Origin: an uncultured bacterium
Lineage (GTDB): Bacteria; Hydrogenedentota; Hydrogenedentia; Hydrogenedentales; JAEUWI01
DNA: 19,468 bases
Assembly: GCA_963977445.1 (NCBI GenBank)
Contig: CAXBPH010000121.1
Coordinates: 1-19,468 of the forward strand
Reading direction: 5' to 3'
Shown here in pieces: positions 17,101 to 19,468 of the stretch. The number at the start of each line of letters is the position of its first letter. Positions within the stretch are counted from its first letter, which is position 1. Made by a program: the position numbers and the translations under genes. The notes under the pieces are model-generated. The model was not told the origin of the DNA. It worked only from the letters and a program-made list of their open reading frames with translations, and did not search any database.

Positions 17101-17650
17101 AGAGCCGACGTACCAGCGTGCGTCGGTCCGCCTCGGGGGAAGGCGCGATGCCATTCTCTTCCAGCCGGGCCAACACGAAATCGTCTATGGGATTGCGGAC
17201 CCATTCCACGTGTTCAGGAGTAAGCACTTCGGGACGGGTGATAGTCTGGAAGGACCAATGTTCCTCCCAGGACGCACCTTCCTGAATCCACCGGGTCAGG
17301 GTTTGTATTTCTTCCTCGGTGAGTTGCTTGGGGTGGTCGGTCGGCGGCATACGCTCATCGACATCGGCGCTCGTAATGCGGGCGACCAGACTGCTTGTCG
17401 CCGGATCACCGGGCACCACCGCCTTCAGGCCGGATTTGAGTTCCTGGAGGATTCCATCGTGGGTATCCAGGCGGAGGCCTGCTTTCCGTTTTTTACCGTC
17501 TTGCCCATGGCACGCGAAGCACTTGTCCGAAAGAATAGGCCGGATATCGCGATTGAACTGAACGGGGTCGGCGTTGGCACCGGAACTGACGAGCAGTGCA
17601 GATGCCGTCACACTGGCACCTACTAGGAGTGAGAAATACGTAGTTTTCAT
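14114..17650 (-). CDS. Planctomycete cytochrome c / DUF1549 / DUF1553 protein, long form (1178 aa) with central beta-sandwich inserts
   Basis: Same core motifs as the short form (CFACHG, CTQCHDHKYDP, SHPQLLDWLA, SNTPLQAL) plus about 380 extra central residues. GAGGTG RBS. Confidence 0.93.
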   Translation of the reverse strand: MKTTYFSLLVGASVTASALLVSSGANADPVQFNRDIRPILSDKCFACHGQDGKKRKAGLRLDTHDGILQELKSGLKAVVPGDPATSSLVARITSADVDERMPPTDHPKQLTEEEIQTLTRWIQEGASWEEHWSFQTITRPEVLTPEHVEWVRNPIDDFVLARLEENGIAPSPEADRRTLVRRLYLDLTGLPPTIADVEAFLADQQPGAYERLVESLLESTEHAEHMTRFWLDAARYSDTNGYHIDNERYMWPWRDWVIRAFKENKPFDEFTIEQLAGDLLPNATNDQKLASGFNRNHMINFEGGIIAEEYRSQYVMDRVDTTGTVWLGLTMACTQCHDHKYDPITQAEYYQMFAYFNTISENGIDGRDGNSVPRMRATNDKQDTRLAALEAEITGIREEMRKPMPEVDAAQGLWEVASREKLQNKWTALNPTSVAATNGTTLTAQDDGVILASGENPATEIFEAVYPLDESGITGLRLELLTNPEAPEHSLGRADNGNLVLSELEVEISPIGGETKFTKVNLISGDVDYEQTTLEIEKAIDGKLDTGYGAGGHESPGGRTAVFVPEIPIGFAQGALLKIRLRHESGFGGHNTGRFRVSVTKDEAMSRARLNQWYIAGPYTATDGKAAYATAFEPEQGVDLEATYPDGRQKWQLVVPGYADGTINALSGNVCATYLYRKIISPTARKTTLSVGSNDAIKIWLNDRVVHDNNISRGVEKDQDRITVDLKEGENVLMMKIVNYGNAYAFYFANTQEQAGEFPVAIETILAKAVEDRNEGEKDGLRDFYRKLNAPEWQTLDSVLAAKQEEKDAFEKNLPTAMVMDQMAEPRETFIFSRGQYDQPGETVEPGLPAVLPPLPEGEENNRLGLARWLMDPVNPLPARVTVNRYWQQYFGVGLVKTTEDFGSQGEMPSHPQLLDWLAAEFIQSGWDVRHIHRLIVTSSTYRQASRHREDTRALDTRNRLLAYAPRLRLDAEAIRDNALAISGLLNLEVGGPSVRPYQPLGLWKEVGYGGGFTAQVFTLGEGDELYRRSMYTFWKRTSPPPSMMLFDAPNRETCTVKRSRSNTPLQALTLLNDPQFVEASRFLAERMMTEAGDTPEERLNHAFLLAVSRPATDQELIVLKNLYASELSGFEKEPERAEALLSVGMAPANDTLKHTELAAWSTVASVILNMDETITKT

Positions 17651-17671
17651 AATGTTTCACCTCAACTGGCG

Positions 17672-17700
17672 ATTATTTCAGAATGGCGGGGTTGATTCAA
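17672..17700 (-). promoter_or_regulatory. Putative sigma70 promoter of the long DUF1553 operon
   Basis: TTGAAT (17695-17700), 17 nt, AATAAT (17672-17677) with an extended TG. Confidence 0.5.
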
Positions 17701-17874
17701 CTTCGGGCGGCCCCGGCGGGAGTTGCTTTTGGGTGGATCGGGCCGCCTTTACTTAGACGAAGATAGACCTCGATCAAATCCAGTAAGTTAGTTTTACCAG
17801 TGCACGCAAGCTTCTGCAAGAGGCCAAGGTACGGGCAGCTTGACCAGTATCTCCTAAAAAGCAGCCTTTGACAA

Positions 17875-17986
17875 TTGGGAGCGCAGGTCTCGGACGCGCC
17901 GTGGGAGTGCGGCCCGCCTGCCACGGGCCGAAGGCACGTTGTATTACGCCTTCGACGTAATGCAGGCGAGCCGCCTGCGCTCCCAA
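17875..17986. repeat. REP-like doublet (GGGAGCGCAGG type)
   Basis: Perfect 13-bp IR TTGGGAGCGCAGG (17875-17887) / CCTGCGCTCCCAA (17974-17986). Internal hairpin GCAGGCG-AGC-CGCCTGC. Confidence 0.75.
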
Positions 17987-18164
17987 GCTCCAAGTCTATA
18001 AGCTGGAAACCAAATGGCTTGGAAATAGTCCGAGATGAATCTTCGCCTATTTACTTAGACGATTCTCGGTGCCGGGTGGTTTCGTCGGCCTGCCGTTGCG
18101 ACGCCGTCGTGGCCTATGAGATCATAGGCCCTCTGTAGTATCCATTCTTTTTGAAAGGCCTTCC

Positions 18165-19106
18165 ATGTTGTTCCCGTTTCGTTCTGTTCTTGTCTTGAGT
18201 TTGCTGTGGGGTGCGTCGGTTTCTGGGGAGGAATTGTTCCGAGACCTGTCGCTGGAGGGGGGCTTCAATCTCTCCGCCGTGACGTCTACCTCCACACCCT
18301 TGGAATTGGGACCGATTCTCGTGCAGACACCAGACACCCAACCGCAGTGGCGACTGGCCCAATGGGGCACCCGATTCAATCTTATGGACGCCACACCCAC
18401 GGTATCGGAACAGGGCGACCGGGGCGTGGCCAACGCCGGCAAAGCCGTCGTCATTCACAACGGCGGCCTGGGCGGGGAAGGCGTCACCCTTACGGTCCTC
18501 GGTGGCGCAGAATATGGCGGTGCGCTACGAAAGCAGGGAGAGCTCTGGCCCCACTTGCTGGTGGAACAGGCCTTCACCGAAGCCTTCCGTTTTACCGACT
18601 TTTCACGACTCGACTTTGCCCTCGATTTTAAGGTGGTGCGATGCACCCTGGCCACCGAAAAGGAAGTCAGGAAAGACCTGCACACGGGGCAGATCACGGC
18701 CTTCTTTTCCGTCCACAACAAAAATAGGGAGAGCACGGATTTTAACGATATGATCTGGTTTGGCCTGCCCATATTTGATGTGCGCTTTGAATTGCCCAAT
18801 GGACACCAGGCCGTGGACAGGGGCAAAGACGATGCCACAGGAAAATTTATCTGCACCCTGCCCGGCAGTCAGTTTTATGAAGCCCCCACAGGCGATGGAA
18901 AATGGCATGCCCTTCGTGGTGATTTGGTGCCCCTCATGACAGAAGCCCTTGCCGCCTCCCAGGCGAAGGGTTTTCTGAAAGACACGAAACTCGGTGATCT
19001 CCTGCCGAGCTCCTTTAACTTGGGTTGGGAAGTGCCCGGTCCCTACGACTGCGAAATTACCCTGAAGGGCCTGAGCCTGAACGGCGTGCGCGCGGACAAA
19101 GGCTGA
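18165..19106 (+). CDS. Secreted hypothetical protein
   Basis: 313-aa ORF with a signal-peptide-like N-terminus, AAAGG RBS and protein-like composition (WRLAQWGTR, WPHLLVEQ, FNLGWEVPG). No family recognised. Confidence 0.8.
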   Translation: MLFPFRSVLVLSLLWGASVSGEELFRDLSLEGGFNLSAVTSTSTPLELGPILVQTPDTQPQWRLAQWGTRFNLMDATPTVSEQGDRGVANAGKAVVIHNGGLGGEGVTLTVLGGAEYGGALRKQGELWPHLLVEQAFTEAFRFTDFSRLDFALDFKVVRCTLATEKEVRKDLHTGQITAFFSVHNKNRESTDFNDMIWFGLPIFDVRFELPNGHQAVDRGKDDATGKFICTLPGSQFYEAPTGDGKWHALRGDLVPLMTEALAASQAKGFLKDTKLGDLLPSSFNLGWEVPGPYDCEITLKGLSLNGVRADKG

Positions 19107-19220
19107 AGGCCTGAATCCAAGCTAATCCACCGGCTCTACCGGTCCGTCGCGTTCTTCTACGGTTAGCTCAAGCAGCATAATTATTGCCGTGTTGCAGAAT
19201 AGGTCGGTGCGACGCGCTCT

Positions 19221-19421
19221 TAGCCCCGGAGGGGCGGCATAACGTAGCCCAGGGCGATGCGAAGTAAGCCCTGGGATCGTGGATGAAACTCAGATAGCCC
19301 CAGCGGGGCGGCATAGAATTTTTGGAGATGGGACCCCGTCGCGCCCTATGCCGCCCCGCTGGGGCTCGTATCGGCCTGTGTCGACCAAAACCCAGGACTC
19401 GCTACGCTCGCCGCTGGGCTT
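19221..19421. repeat. Composite REP/MITE element (AGCCCC-N3-GGGGCGGCATA type)
   Basis: Perfect 21-bp IR at 19296-19316 / 19346-19366, a third copy of the motif at 19222-19241, and flanking CCCAGG...CTGGG hairpins at 19246-19275 and 19391-19421. Confidence 0.85.
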
Positions 19422-19468
19422 CCATGAGAAGGTCTTGTCAAGTACGGGGTGACGTGGCACCCTTCCTT

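Noticed and set aside
17706..17750. GGCGGCCC/GGGCCGCC hairpin followed by TTT as a terminator
   Set aside because: The loop is 26 nt, the U-tract is short, and no plus-strand gene ends upstream of it.

Overview
GC-rich bacterial chromosomal segment. The planctomycete-type cytochrome c, DUF1549/DUF1553 and DUF1501 genes suggest a PVC-, Acidobacteria- or Hydrogenedentes-like diderm, which is an inference only. Left to right it holds the 5' part of an FdhF/YdeP-family molybdoenzyme gene (-), a TetR regulator (-) divergent from a secreted HSL-family esterase (+), and fdhD (-). Two paralogous DUF1553-cytochrome c / DUF1501 modules follow, both on the minus strand, with comEA between them, and a secreted hypothetical protein (+) ends the window. 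Both modules are interrupted. One is split by a 2.2-kb ParD/ParE island with four antitoxins and two toxins, in which two orphan antitoxins have near-identical leaderless promoters. The other is split by a GntP permease. Most of the large intergenic gaps hold a different REP/MITE-like inverted or direct repeat, some nested. No rRNA, tRNA, CRISPR array or transposase was recognised.
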